Shown: in pieces, positions 35,756-45,892 of the stretch | Numbering within the stretch: the stretch's first letter is position 1 | Layout of the letters: each line of letters opens with the position of its first letter | IMG/VR virus record: IMGVR_UViG_3300025674_000021 | Span: 37,707-101,706 of that record | DNA length: 64,000 bases | Reading direction: 5' to 3' (one strand) | Origin: a virus | Program-made: the position numbers and the translations under genes | Notes under the pieces: generated by a model | Told to the model about the DNA's origin: nothing | Databases searched by the model: none | Seen by the model: the letters and a program-made list of their open reading frames with translations, nothing else

Positions 35756-37131
35756 TGGAAAAGATTGAACTGACTATTCTTCGTAACCTTATCTTTGATG
35801 AGGAGTTTTCGAGGAAAGTCATTCCCTTTATTAATGAAGATTACTTTGAGATTCGATCTGAGAGGGTTATCTTTGAGGAGATCACCAAGTTTATTGTAAA
35901 GTATGGATCATCTGTCACTACAGAATCTCTCATGATTGAGGTTGATTCTCGTAGCGACATCAATGATTCTGAAGTTAATGAAATTCGTGGACTGATTAAT
36001 AATTTTGAGCAAACTCCAGTAGATTCTCAATGGTTGCTTGATACTACTGAGAAGTGGTGTCGTGATCGTGCAATTTATCTTGCACTGATGGAATCTATTC
36101 AGATCGCTGATGGGCAAGATGATAAGAAAGGTCGGGATGCCATTCCTAATATTCTTTCGAATGCTCTAGCAGTATCTTTCGATAATAATATTGGTCATGA
36201 TTATCTTGCTGACTATGAGGAACGATTTGAGTTCTATCATAGAAGGCAGGAGAAGATTAGATTTGATATCGATTACTTTAATAAGATTACTAAAGGTGGT
36301 CTTCCTCGTAAGACATTGAATGTGGCACTTGCTGGAACTGGTGTTGGTAAGTCATTGTTCATGTGTCACATGGCATCTGCTTCTTTGCTTCAGAACTTGA
36401 ATGTTCTCTATATCACTATGGAGATGTCTGAAGAAAAGATTGCAGAACGTATTGATGCCAACCTTCTAGATGTTCCTATTCAAGACATTACAGAACTTCC
36501 AAAGTCAACATTTGAAAATAAAATCTCTACGCTTGAGAAGAAAACGAGAGGTACTCTTATAATTAAAGAGTATCCTACTGCAAGCGCACACAGTGGACAC
36601 TTTAAGGCACTTCTTAATGAACTTGCACTTAAGAAGTCATTTAGACCTGATATTATTTTCATTGATTACCTTAATATATGCGCTTCCTCCCGCTATAAGT
36701 CAGGCGTTTCTGTCAATTCATATAGCTATATCAAGGCAATTGCAGAAGAGCTTAGAGGACTGGCTGTTGAAGCAAACGTCCCTATCGTTTCTGCCACGCA
36801 GACCACTCGTTCTGGTTATAGTAGCTCTGACGTTGACATTACTGACACTAGCGAATCCTTTGGTCTCCCTGCTACTGCTGATCTTATGTTTGCCCTTATT
36901 TCTACAGATGAGCTTGAAAACATGGGACAGATTATGGTGAAGCAATTAAAGAATCGATACAACGATCCGACTATGAACAAGAGGTTCGTTGTTGGTATTG
37001 ATCGCGCCAAGATGCGACTTTATGATTGTGAGCAATCTGCACAAGAAGACATCATTGACAATGGGCAAGATGAACAGTATAATAACGAAGAAGCAAAAGC
37101 AAAAAAATCATTTGAGGGATTTAAATTCTAA
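35752..37131 (+). CDS. gp41: Replicative DnaB-like helicase
   Basis: AGTGVGKS, EMSE, IDYL, SATQT.R, SESFGLP, QLKNRY. Confidence 0.96.
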   Translation: MMEKIELTILRNLIFDEEFSRKVIPFINEDYFEIRSERVIFEEITKFIVKYGSSVTTESLMIEVDSRSDINDSEVNEIRGLINNFEQTPVDSQWLLDTTEKWCRDRAIYLALMESIQIADGQDDKKGRDAIPNILSNALAVSFDNNIGHDYLADYEERFEFYHRRQEKIRFDIDYFNKITKGGLPRKTLNVALAGTGVGKSLFMCHMASASLLQNLNVLYITMEMSEEKIAERIDANLLDVPIQDITELPKSTFENKISTLEKKTRGTLIIKEYPTASAHSGHFKALLNELALKKSFRPDIIFIDYLNICASSRYKSGVSVNSYSYIKAIAEELRGLAVEANVPIVSATQTTRSGYSSSDVDITDTSESFGLPATADLMFALISTDELENMGQIMVKQLKNRYNDPTMNKRFVVGIDRAKMRLYDCEQSAQEDIIDNGQDEQYNNEEAKAKKSFEGFKF

Positions 37132-37538
37132 TGGGTAACGTTGACACTAAAAAGTACGTGGAGTTTGTCGATGCCGTCACGTCAAATGAAAGTAAAAACT
37201 ATTACGATTTCGCACAAAGGATTGCGATCCTCCAAGATCAAGGTTTTCCTACCGAGCGTCTTCTTACTGCATCTGTAGGAATGTCTGCAGAAGCAGGTGA
37301 GTTTACTGAGATTATCAAAAAGATTATTTTTCAAGGCAAGCCTGTCAATGAAGAAAACCTGTTCCACCTGAAGCGTGAACTGGGTGACATCATGTGGTAT
37401 GTTGCTCAAGCATGTATTGGTCTTGATATTTCTCTTGATGAAATTTTGGAAATGAATGTTGAAAAACTAGTTGCACGTTATCCTGGTGGCAATTTTGATG
37501 TCCACTATTCCGAGAACCGTAAGGAGGGAGACCTTTGA
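37131..37538 (+). CDS. mazG: MazG-like nucleoside triphosphate pyrophosphohydrolase
   Basis: EAGEF.EIIKK...ELGDIMWY..KL..RY motifs. Confidence 0.92.
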   Translation: MGNVDTKKYVEFVDAVTSNESKNYYDFAQRIAILQDQGFPTERLLTASVGMSAEAGEFTEIIKKIIFQGKPVNEENLFHLKRELGDIMWYVAQACIGLDISLDEILEMNVEKLVARYPGGNFDVHYSENRKEGDL

Positions 37539-37705
37539 TTAATATTCAATTAGAATTACGTCAAGCAGCGGCAGTGCGTGATGCATTGTACCGCTCCACT
37601 GCTCAAGATAGTTACGAGTTCCCTTCTCAGAGAACTATTGAGATTAGAGAAGCAATTGTTATCCTAGACAAACAGATTGAGGAATCTATCAATGAAGGAT
37701 CGTGA
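37535..37705 (+). CDS. Small hypothetical protein (56 aa, TTG start)
   Basis: Open frame ..ELRQAAAVRDALYRSTAQDSYEFPSQRTIEIREAIV.. overlapping the mazG stop. Confidence 0.6.
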   Translation: MINIQLELRQAAAVRDALYRSTAQDSYEFPSQRTIEIREAIVILDKQIEESINEGS

Positions 37706-38009
37706 AATTACAGTCGAAGATTATGAGAAGTATGGTAGTCAGTTCTTTGACAAATACTTCTATGTTGCAAAACAACTAGGTGAAGGAGCAAAGGCAGAAG
37801 ACATCCTAAAAATCATGGAGTCCCTTGGTGGGGTCGTCATGAAAAAACGAATGGAAGAAGAAGGTAAGATTGGTCCTTTTGGTTTCATCCGTGATCAAAT
37901 TGAAGTTAATGCAGACGGAGCACAAGTTATAGGAAATGCATTACAAGTCCCTCCAGGAACTGTTGCAATGCAAGATGAAAACGGTAAGTGGGCTGCTTAT
38001 GAACTCTAA
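37692..38009 (+). CDS. Hypothetical protein
   Basis: ORF with ATG start MKDREITVEDY. Confidence 0.7.
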   Translation: MKDREITVEDYEKYGSQFFDKYFYVAKQLGEGAKAEDILKIMESLGGVVMKKRMEEEGKIGPFGFIRDQIEVNADGAQVIGNALQVPPGTVAMQDENGKWAAYEL

Positions 38010-38031
38010 ATATTAAAATAACTTCAAGAAT

Positions 38032-38271
38032 ATGATCGAAACAAGTCATCCCGAAATTGCAGAAATCGATTGGATCGATGATGCATTCTACATGGAACAA
38101 ACAAAATTTCTTTGGAAGAGTGTTCTAAAAAACGGAAAAGATTTTTTGTTTGGGATGAATAGAGAAGATGTACTTCAGATAACAAGATGGCATCTAAAAT
38201 GTGAGCAAGAAGGCACACTTCATCTCTATACTAGAGTTGTAGGTAATGCCGTTGTTGACGGAAAACTCTGA
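38032..38271 (+). CDS. Conserved hypothetical protein
   Basis: 79-aa ORF after TAAATA. Confidence 0.7.
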   Translation: MIETSHPEIAEIDWIDDAFYMEQTKFLWKSVLKNGKDFLFGMNREDVLQITRWHLKCEQEGTLHLYTRVVGNAVVDGKL

Positions 38272-38286
38272 GGGGTTTTCCCCTTT

Positions 38287-38369
38287 GCCCAGTTGGCGGA
38301 ATTGGTAGACGCGACAGGTTTAGGTCCTGTTATCCATGTGATGTGTAGGTTCGAGTCCTATACTGGGTA
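38287..38369 (+). tRNA. tRNA-Leu(TAG)
   Basis: GCCCAGT/ACTGGGT acceptor, ACAGG-TTTAGGT-CCTGT anticodon arm, long variable arm, GGTTCGAGTCC T-arm. Confidence 0.9.
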
Positions 38370-38425
38370 TTATTATAAATATTAGAATAAAGGTTACTGG
38401 TAAATTGTAATACCATATTTTAGGC

Positions 38426-39664
38426 ATGAGATCATTTCTAGAGTTCGTATCAGAAGCAACTTCTGCTTCAGTTCAAGCAAAGCGTCTTGCACTGAAAGGA
38501 GATGGTCATGGTTCATATTACAATAGAGCTACTGGTGAGTTTGAAGCAAAAACTGAGAATGGAGAACTTAAGTTCTATAATAAGAGACAAGTTCGTGGAA
38601 AAGATCCAGCACAAACAGAGTTTGAAAAGAGAATTCCTTTAGGTTCATATCAGAGAGAAGAGGCAGAAGTTCCTCAAGAAATGCCACAAGAGGAACCAAT
38701 GTCTATGGCACCTCCAGTTCCTAAGAAGAAAGGAACTCTGAATATTGTATTTGGAAGATTCAACCCTCCAACCGCAGGACACCTCTTAGCAATGGATGTT
38801 GCTGCTTCTGCAATGATGGAAGATCCAACATCAGAATACACAATTGTTCCTTCTAGACAGCAGGATAAGAATAAAAATCCTCTTGATCCTGATACAAAGA
38901 TTCACTTTATGAGGAGGATGTTTCCTCAGCATAGTGAGAGAATTGTAAATGATAATAATTTAGAAACTATTTTTGATGTACTCAAAAGAGCACACAATGA
39001 TGGTTACAGCAGTGTAAGAATTATTTCAGGATCTAACAGAGTTAACGAGTTTGAAAAACTTGCTAATAATTACAATGGACAACTCTATGAGTTTGAAGCT
39101 ATAGAAGTTGTTCCTTCTGGAGAGATTGATCCAGATGGTAAGGGTATGGAATCTATCTCTGCATCAAGATTACGACTCGCAGCAGCAGAAGGAGATTTCC
39201 TTACATTCAGAGAAGGTCTTGGACCTGGTATCAAAAAGAGAGATGTTATCGATCTCTTCTATGCAACCCGTATGGGAATGGGTGTTGAGGAGATGGAAGA
39301 AGAATATAATACCTGGGAGATTGCTCCTAAGTTTGATCAGAAAACCTTAAGAGAAAACTATATTAGTAAAAAGATATTTAAGGTAGGTGACTTAGTAGAA
39401 AACTTGAATACAGGACTGAGTGGTAAGATCATTCGTAGAGGAACTAACTACTTGATTTGTGTTACAGAAGACGACATTATGTTCAAATCTTGGATTAGAG
39501 ATGTTCAAGAATCATATACTGAAAAGCATAATGATTCATTGACCAGAGAACCTGGCAAACCAAATACACTGGTTGGAACTTCTGGATACCTTAAGTATGC
39601 AATGAAAATGTCCCCTGGATGCTTAGTGGACAAAAAAATACTAAATAACAGTAGGAAAAAGTAA
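38426..39664 (+). CDS. Cytidylyltransferase-family (HxGH) nucleotidyltransferase, late-expressed
   Basis: FGRFNPPTAGH, KNPL, ISAS.LR motifs; TATAAATA at 38374; N-terminus MRSFLEFVSE. Confidence 0.85.
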   Translation: MRSFLEFVSEATSASVQAKRLALKGDGHGSYYNRATGEFEAKTENGELKFYNKRQVRGKDPAQTEFEKRIPLGSYQREEAEVPQEMPQEEPMSMAPPVPKKKGTLNIVFGRFNPPTAGHLLAMDVAASAMMEDPTSEYTIVPSRQQDKNKNPLDPDTKIHFMRRMFPQHSERIVNDNNLETIFDVLKRAHNDGYSSVRIISGSNRVNEFEKLANNYNGQLYEFEAIEVVPSGEIDPDGKGMESISASRLRLAAAEGDFLTFREGLGPGIKKRDVIDLFYATRMGMGVEEMEEEYNTWEIAPKFDQKTLRENYISKKIFKVGDLVENLNTGLSGKIIRRGTNYLICVTEDDIMFKSWIRDVQESYTEKHNDSLTREPGKPNTLVGTSGYLKYAMKMSPGCLVDKKILNNSRKK

Positions 39665-39680
39665 ATTTTAATTTGTACTC

Positions 39681-40808
39681 ATGAAAAAGCATATTGCTGA
39701 GGATCTTCCTGCAAGAAAGCATCCACAAGCTGCTATGTCTGCAGGTTCGGGAAATAGAGAAGGTGATAAGGGTCCTAATGACTCTATGGGAAATGAGCAG
39801 AAGAAAATTTCCCAGGCAGTTTATGATATTAGATATCGTGCAAGAAGAGAAGACATTCCTCTTCGCCAAGCATATAGCGAGTATATCGGCAATAGTGGCA
39901 TGAGTGAAATGGCGAAGAAAGTCGTCAGAGAAAAGTTATTTGGTAAAGAAGGTGGTGGTGAAAGTGCAGCACCTACTGAGAAGAAAGAAGATTATAATAT
40001 TACAGATACTGCAACCAGTGCAGTTGCGTCTGCAATGTATAAGGTATTCGTAGAAGGAACCAAGGATGATATCCTGGATGAGGCATACCTTGAAGAGTTG
40101 AAGAGCAAAGCAGCAATGAAAACTGCCGAGAAGGCAAAGTATAAGGTAGAAGTTCACGACAAGAGAACTGATAAGAGATATCACAGATATGCAGATCGTG
40201 AGAAGATTGCTCAGTTGAGAGCAAAAGGTCTGGGTGTTGAGATGACCGAGTATGGAACTCCATACGAAGGTGAGAGAGAAAAGGGTGAGCAAACTGCTGC
40301 TGCCCTTAGCAAAGGTAAGGCAAACGGCAAGAGAGATAACAATTTTGCCAATAATGCACCTCCTTATGACAAGGCAACCAAGGCAGATAGAATTGCTGGT
40401 GCTAAGGGAAAGGATCAGATGGGCGGTAAGAATGTCAAAGAGTCATTATCCGTAACCAGCAGAGAACCTAACTCCAATAAGCTTGATGTTATGAAGGGTG
40501 TTAACAATATTAAGATAAATCCTGAGATTGAAATGCCTAACAAGCATAATAGAAGATTGATGTCTAACTCTCACCAAGTTGAAGGGGAAGTCATCATTGA
40601 GAATTCTTATGACAAGTTCCTTATGAAAGTAAAGGGACCTAAGGTAACTACCGAAAAAGCATGTGGTAAATGTGGTAAAACTCCATGCTGCTGTGAAGGT
40701 AAATCGGAAGATATGCGTGATAGATATGCAAAAAGAGAAGTAATGAAGAACAAGATTCGTTCTATGGGAATTAAGAATCCTATCATTATGTCAACTGAAG
40801 AGGGTTGA
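39681..40808 (+). CDS. Hypothetical late (probable virion) protein
   Basis: 375-aa ORF; QAVYDIRYRARRE motif; SHQVEGEVIIE spacer-type motif. Confidence 0.75.
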   Translation: MKKHIAEDLPARKHPQAAMSAGSGNREGDKGPNDSMGNEQKKISQAVYDIRYRARREDIPLRQAYSEYIGNSGMSEMAKKVVREKLFGKEGGGESAAPTEKKEDYNITDTATSAVASAMYKVFVEGTKDDILDEAYLEELKSKAAMKTAEKAKYKVEVHDKRTDKRYHRYADREKIAQLRAKGLGVEMTEYGTPYEGEREKGEQTAAALSKGKANGKRDNNFANNAPPYDKATKADRIAGAKGKDQMGGKNVKESLSVTSREPNSNKLDVMKGVNNIKINPEIEMPNKHNRRLMSNSHQVEGEVIIENSYDKFLMKVKGPKVTTEKACGKCGKTPCCCEGKSEDMRDRYAKREVMKNKIRSMGIKNPIIMSTEEG

Positions 40809-40842
40809 TTACTATATACATTAGTCCTCTATTCGTAAGATC

Positions 40843-41040
40843 ATGTTAGCATCATGGTTACTCCCAATCGCACAAAAGATTATTGTTGATGCGGTTGCCA
40901 AAATTCCTGATAATGAAGAACTGGGTGAGAAGCTAATCGAAATCTGTATTGTTATTCTTGAAAAAGCAGTTAGATTGACCAAAACAGATATGGACGACAG
41001 GCTTCTTTCTAAAGTAAAAGAAGCAGTGGTAGCACGCTGA
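40843..41040 (+). CDS. Small hypothetical protein
   Basis: 65-aa amphipathic ORF ending TKTDMDD.L...V. Confidence 0.7.
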   Translation: MLASWLLPIAQKIIVDAVAKIPDNEELGEKLIEICIVILEKAVRLTKTDMDDRLLSKVKEAVVAR

Positions 41041-41109
41041 TCAAAAGGGTACGTTAAAGTGCCCTTTTTTTATAAATATCAATATAAAGAAATTATAGGG
41101 AAAGGTAAA

Positions 41110-41631
41110 ATGTCTCTTTGGGGCACAGCAGATGCTGTTAGTTTAACTGGTTCGGGTACTGTAACCGTAGATCTTTCCGGTAAAACCGTTACCGGTAATG
41201 GTGCTACGTTCACTAACGTTGCTGAAGGCGATGTCATCTCTATCGGTGTTGGTAACACTTATGGTGAGGCAGTAGTTGCAGGAGTCACTTCCGAAACATT
41301 ACTCACAATCAAATCAACAGATCATCTTCTCGATTCTGTGGATGGAGTTGCTGGTCTTGCATATGCAGTATCACAGAAACCTTCATACACTCTTCATGAT
41401 ACCCATTATGGATCTGATCGTATCTTCGGTGTAGACAACACTGAGGTAACCGTTGCTAGAACTACTAAGTACGATGTAGCACACGGTGGTTGGGTTGGAA
41501 TCACAACCTACAACGATGGTGAAGGTAATCTAAGAGTTAAGACAGAAGTTCTGGTTGCAATGGGCAAAGATGCCGATGGCAACGGTGGTATCGATGGTGA
41601 TGCTGAGAATACTGTATTCCCTAATACCTGA
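41110..41631 (+). CDS. Probable virion structural protein
   Basis: Start MSLWG after TATAAATA at 41071; beta-rich; HGGWVG..Y....G.LRVK.EVLVAM. Confidence 0.7.
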   Translation: MSLWGTADAVSLTGSGTVTVDLSGKTVTGNGATFTNVAEGDVISIGVGNTYGEAVVAGVTSETLLTIKSTDHLLDSVDGVAGLAYAVSQKPSYTLHDTHYGSDRIFGVDNTEVTVARTTKYDVAHGGWVGITTYNDGEGNLRVKTEVLVAMGKDADGNGGIDGDAENTVFPNT

Positions 41632-41657
41632 TAAATAACCAAAGTGATTCGTGAGAT

Positions 41658-42029
41658 ATGAGATTTGATGAGTTGAATGAAGATAATTACTTATTATTTG
41701 CAATAAAGTTTTATGATAATCCTCAGGCAGTGACCAGAGAGGATTTTGAATCTGACTTGAAAAGGATAAGGTATATTAAAAGGTTACTTAGGAAGTACAT
41801 TAATACTGGTGAGTTGAAGATTCATCTAATCCTGAATCATCTTACTATATTGTTTAATGTATTTGACGATGCTGCAGTTCCTCTATTGTTTTATAACTTA
41901 GATAAGGAACTTTGGCCATCAATTAAAAGTTTTCTGTTGTTTTTAAATAGGTTCCCAGAGTACCCAAAAACACAGATGCATGAAGTTGATGAAGACAAGA
42001 ACTGTTTAATCCAACTAAGCGAAATCTGA
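41658..42029 (+). CDS. Conserved hypothetical protein of T4-like phages
   Basis: YDNP....EDF..DL.R..YIKRL and LILNH...L.NVF. Confidence 0.8.
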   Translation: MRFDELNEDNYLLFAIKFYDNPQAVTREDFESDLKRIRYIKRLLRKYINTGELKIHLILNHLTILFNVFDDAAVPLLFYNLDKELWPSIKSFLLFLNRFPEYPKTQMHEVDEDKNCLIQLSEI

Positions 42030-42235
42030 TGGACAGAGTAGATAAATTAATTGATGCCGTCAGACAGATTAGGGAAGAAGCAGCGGCAATGGGAGCAGCA
42101 CCTACAAATAGTGCTAGTACTGCCGGTTTGGGGTATAATCCTGAAACAGAGGGTCCTCCGATAAGAAAGAAAAAGAAATATATTTACGGCGGCAAAAATT
42201 CTAGAAAATGGTGGTTACAGTTTCTAAGAAGGTAA
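42029..42235 (+). CDS. Small hypothetical protein
   Basis: 68-aa ORF, ..IREE..APTNS.. with basic tail. Confidence 0.7.
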   Translation: MDRVDKLIDAVRQIREEAAAMGAAPTNSASTAGLGYNPETEGPPIRKKKKYIYGGKNSRKWWLQFLRR

Positions 42236-42631
42236 ATGTTCAATCCTAAAGTTGCAGTATTAGAATCAAAACTCGACATCTATGAAGAATTGTCGAGGGA
42301 GATGCTTGCAAAATTAGAATCTGCTGTTGATAAGATAACTGAAGGTAATAATAAAATTGCAATGGTTCTAACAAAGCATGAAAGTAGGTTAGATGAATCT
42401 GACCGTGCTGATCAGGCAATATTAGAACTTGTGAAGAGAGTAGAAACTAACTTACAAGAATTAGAAAAGAAGGTAGAAGATAATCAAAAAATGCTGTGGG
42501 GAGTCACTTGGACAGCAGCAGCACTAATCGGTATTCTTCAGATTCTACCAATATTAGGACTTCAGTTGACCCCAGCACCCGCGAATGCTATGATGGAACC
42601 AGTAGCTTCCGCCGTGGATGGATCTCGTTGA
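42236..42631 (+). CDS. Coiled-coil protein with C-terminal transmembrane helix
   Basis: Heptad-rich N-region followed by LWGVTWTAAALIGILQILPIL. Confidence 0.7.
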   Translation: MFNPKVAVLESKLDIYEELSREMLAKLESAVDKITEGNNKIAMVLTKHESRLDESDRADQAILELVKRVETNLQELEKKVEDNQKMLWGVTWTAAALIGILQILPILGLQLTPAPANAMMEPVASAVDGSR

Positions 42632-43589
42632 TTCTAAGTTTGTAAGTTTAGTATCCTCTTCGCTACTTAAGTTCAAGCAGGTCAAACCAGACCTGTTTAA
42701 TTTTAGGTGCCCTATTTGCGGCGACTCTAAGAAGAACAAGAATAAGGCAAGGGCATACTTTTATGCCATGAAGAATAATACTAATTTCAAGTGCCACAAC
42801 TGTGGTGCTAGTATGTCGCTGAATAATTTTCTAAAAAAGATTAATCCAGTTCTCCATAAACAATATACCATGGAGAAGTTTAAGGAAGGGCACACTGGTA
42901 GAGGGTTCGTTGTAGGAGAACCCGTATTCACTTTTAAGAAACCGGTATTTAAAAAGAAGTTTGATTTGCCTACAGCATCTTCAAATGATTTTGCTTCAGA
43001 ATATTTGAGACGAAGACAAATTGATCCGGATAAATTTTATTATGCTGACAAATTTAAAGAGTGGACAAATACTCAAAAACAAACATTTGAATCCACATAT
43101 AGGGATGAACCGCGTATTATTATACCAATGTACGATGCGGATAAGAATTTGATTGGATTTCAGGGCAGAGCGTTAGGTTCTTCTAACGCTAAATATATCA
43201 CCGTTATGCTTGATGATGATGCGCCAAAAGTTTACGGAATGGACAAAGTTGATTTTTCGGAATCCATTTACGTTGTTGAAGGACCCTTCGATTCCACGTT
43301 CGTCCAAAATTCTATTGCTATGTGTGGGTCCGACGTTGATCTTGGGACGCTTGGCAGGGGCAATTATATTTACGTTTATGATAACGAACCTCGCAATAGA
43401 GAAATCGTCAACAGAATCAAAGGTGCAATCGATAGAGGTGACACCGTAGTCATTTGGCCAACCAACGTCGATCAGAAAGACATCAACGACATGGTTCTTG
43501 CTGGACATGACGTTAAGACCATGCTAAAATTAAATACCTTCTCCGGTCTGGAAGCAAAAGTTAAGTTCAACAATTGGAAAAAAATATGA
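42618..43589 (+). CDS. gp61: DNA primase
   Basis: CPICGDS..CHNC zinc finger, GFQGR, EGPFD TOPRIM, DNE, KDIND. Confidence 0.96.
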   Translation: MDLVDSKFVSLVSSSLLKFKQVKPDLFNFRCPICGDSKKNKNKARAYFYAMKNNTNFKCHNCGASMSLNNFLKKINPVLHKQYTMEKFKEGHTGRGFVVGEPVFTFKKPVFKKKFDLPTASSNDFASEYLRRRQIDPDKFYYADKFKEWTNTQKQTFESTYRDEPRIIIPMYDADKNLIGFQGRALGSSNAKYITVMLDDDAPKVYGMDKVDFSESIYVVEGPFDSTFVQNSIAMCGSDVDLGTLGRGNYIYVYDNEPRNREIVNRIKGAIDRGDTVVIWPTNVDQKDINDMVLAGHDVKTMLKLNTFSGLEAKVKFNNWKKI

Positions 43590-45892
43590 GCAACGGGATC
43601 AAAGTAATTAAGAGAAACGAATCCACTGAGAAACTGGATCTTAATAAACTCCATGTAATGGTAGAACATGCTTGTAAAGATCTTGCAGGAGTTTCGGCAT
43701 CTCAAGTGGAGATGAAATCTGGGATTCAGTTTTATGATGGAATCACTACGTCAGAAATTCAAGAAATTCTGATTCGTTCTGCATCAGACCTTATCGATCT
43801 GGATCATCCCAACTACCAGTTCGTAGCAGCACGTCTGCTGCTGTTTGCGCTGCGTAAGCAACTCTTCGGTAGGATGCATGAGTTCCCGACTCTCAGAGAG
43901 CACGTAGGGCGTGCTGTAGAGCGTGGAGTATATGATCCTGTAATCCTGGACCTGTATACCGATGAAGAGTTCACGAAACTGGAAGGGTTCCTTGATCATG
44001 GTCGTGACTATTTGTTTACATATGCCGGGTTGCGTCAAGTTGTAGATAAATATCTTGTACAGGATAGAAGTTCTGGTGAACTGTACGAAACTCCTCAGTT
44101 TATGTACTTGCTGATTTCAGCAACTATCTTCTCAAAGTATCCTAAAGAGACACGGTTAGATTATGTCAAACGATACTACGACGCAATCAGCAAGCACAAA
44201 ATCAACATTCCCACACCTATCATGGCGGGAGTGCGAACTCCACTTCGACAATATGCTAGCTGTGTTCTTGTTGATGTTGATGACACCCTCGATTCTATCT
44301 TTAGCTCTGATATGGCTATTGGCAGATACGTTGCACAAAGGGCGGGCATCGGTATCAACGCAGGTCGCATCAGGGGCATCAACAGTAAGATCCGAGGCGG
44401 AGAAGTTCAGCATACAGGCGTTATCCCTTTCCTCAAAAAGTTTGAAGCAACTGTCAGATGCTGCACTCAGAATGGCATCCGAGGTGGATCAGCGACTGTC
44501 CACTTCCCAATCTGGCACCAAGAAATCCAAGACATCCTGGTCCTGAAGAATAACAAAGGAACAGAAGATAATCGTGTCAGAAAACTGGACTACTCAATCC
44601 AAATCAGCAAACTGTTCTACGAACGATTCATCACGAACGGACACATCACACTGTTCTCGCCTCACGATGTTCCAGGTTTGTATGATGCTTTTGGTACTCC
44701 TGGATTTGATGATCTATACAGAGCTTACGAGGGTGACCCAGATGTGCCTCAAAAGGCAATTCCTGCCCAGGAGCTTCTTCTGGATCTTCTGAAGGAACGT
44801 GCAGAAACTGGTCGTTTGTACATCATGAACATCGACCACTGCAACTCTCACTCATCCTTTACTGATAAAGTTGAAATGAGTAACCTCTGTCAAGAGATTA
44901 CTCTACCTACAAAACCACTACAACATATTGATGATGAGCAGGGGGAGATTGCGCTTTGCATTCTTAGTGCTATTAATATTGGCAAGACCAGAGATAAGGA
45001 AGATCTGCAAGATCTTTGCGACCTTGCTGTTCGTGGTCTTGATGAACTTATTGATTTCCAAGAATATCCCGTCAGAGCAGCAGAAATTGCAACAAGAGCA
45101 CGCAGGTCACTTGGAATCGGTTACATTGGACTTGCCCATTACCTAGCAAAGAATGGAGTCAAGTATGATAGTGAAGGTGCTGTACGTTTGGTCCATGACC
45201 TAACAGAAGCGTTCCAATATTATTTAATTAAAGCAACTGTAAATCTTGCTAAAGAGAAGGGTGCTTGTGAGTATAGCAGCCGAACAAAATACGGCAGTGG
45301 AATTCTTCCAATCGATACATACAAGAAGGACGTAGACGAAATTATCCCTAATGAGCTTCACTATGATTGGGAGGGTCTTAGAGCAGAAGTTCTCGAACAT
45401 GGAGTCCGGAACAGCACGTTGTCCGCACAAATGCCTTCAGAGAGCAGTTCCGTTGTGTCAAATGCCACAAACGGAATTGAGCCACCTAGAGGACACTTGT
45501 CCGTTAAGAAGTCCAAGAAAGGACCTCTTAAGCAGATTGTTCCGCAGTATACTACCCTGAAGAACAATTACACATTGCTTTGGGATATGACTTCTAACAG
45601 AGGTTATATCAACATTGTTTCTGTTATGCAGAAATTCTTTGATCAGGCAATTTCAGGTAACTGGAATTACAACCCTGAACATTATCCAAACAATGAAGTG
45701 CCTACGTCTGTGATGGCACAAGATCTTCTAACTACATACAAGTATGGTTGGAAGACCTCTTATTATCAGAACACTTACGACAACAAAAACGACGAAGTTG
45801 AGGACTCTGCAGATAAAGATGCTGCAGAAGCACTCATGGATCAACTATTAGAACTTTCAGAGGAGGAAGATTGTGAGTCTTGTAAGATTTAA
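43586..45892 (+). CDS. nrdA: Class Ia ribonucleotide reductase alpha subunit
   Basis: ATP cone, PTPIMAG, SNLCQEI, C-terminal CESCKI. Confidence 0.97.
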   Translation: MSNGIKVIKRNESTEKLDLNKLHVMVEHACKDLAGVSASQVEMKSGIQFYDGITTSEIQEILIRSASDLIDLDHPNYQFVAARLLLFALRKQLFGRMHEFPTLREHVGRAVERGVYDPVILDLYTDEEFTKLEGFLDHGRDYLFTYAGLRQVVDKYLVQDRSSGELYETPQFMYLLISATIFSKYPKETRLDYVKRYYDAISKHKINIPTPIMAGVRTPLRQYASCVLVDVDDTLDSIFSSDMAIGRYVAQRAGIGINAGRIRGINSKIRGGEVQHTGVIPFLKKFEATVRCCTQNGIRGGSATVHFPIWHQEIQDILVLKNNKGTEDNRVRKLDYSIQISKLFYERFITNGHITLFSPHDVPGLYDAFGTPGFDDLYRAYEGDPDVPQKAIPAQELLLDLLKERAETGRLYIMNIDHCNSHSSFTDKVEMSNLCQEITLPTKPLQHIDDEQGEIALCILSAINIGKTRDKEDLQDLCDLAVRGLDELIDFQEYPVRAAEIATRARRSLGIGYIGLAHYLAKNGVKYDSEGAVRLVHDLTEAFQYYLIKATVNLAKEKGACEYSSRTKYGSGILPIDTYKKDVDEIIPNELHYDWEGLRAEVLEHGVRNSTLSAQMPSESSSVVSNATNGIEPPRGHLSVKKSKKGPLKQIVPQYTTLKNNYTLLWDMTSNRGYINIVSVMQKFFDQAISGNWNYNPEHYPNNEVPTSVMAQDLLTTYKYGWKTSYYQNTYDNKNDEVEDSADKDAAEALMDQLLELSEEEDCESCKI

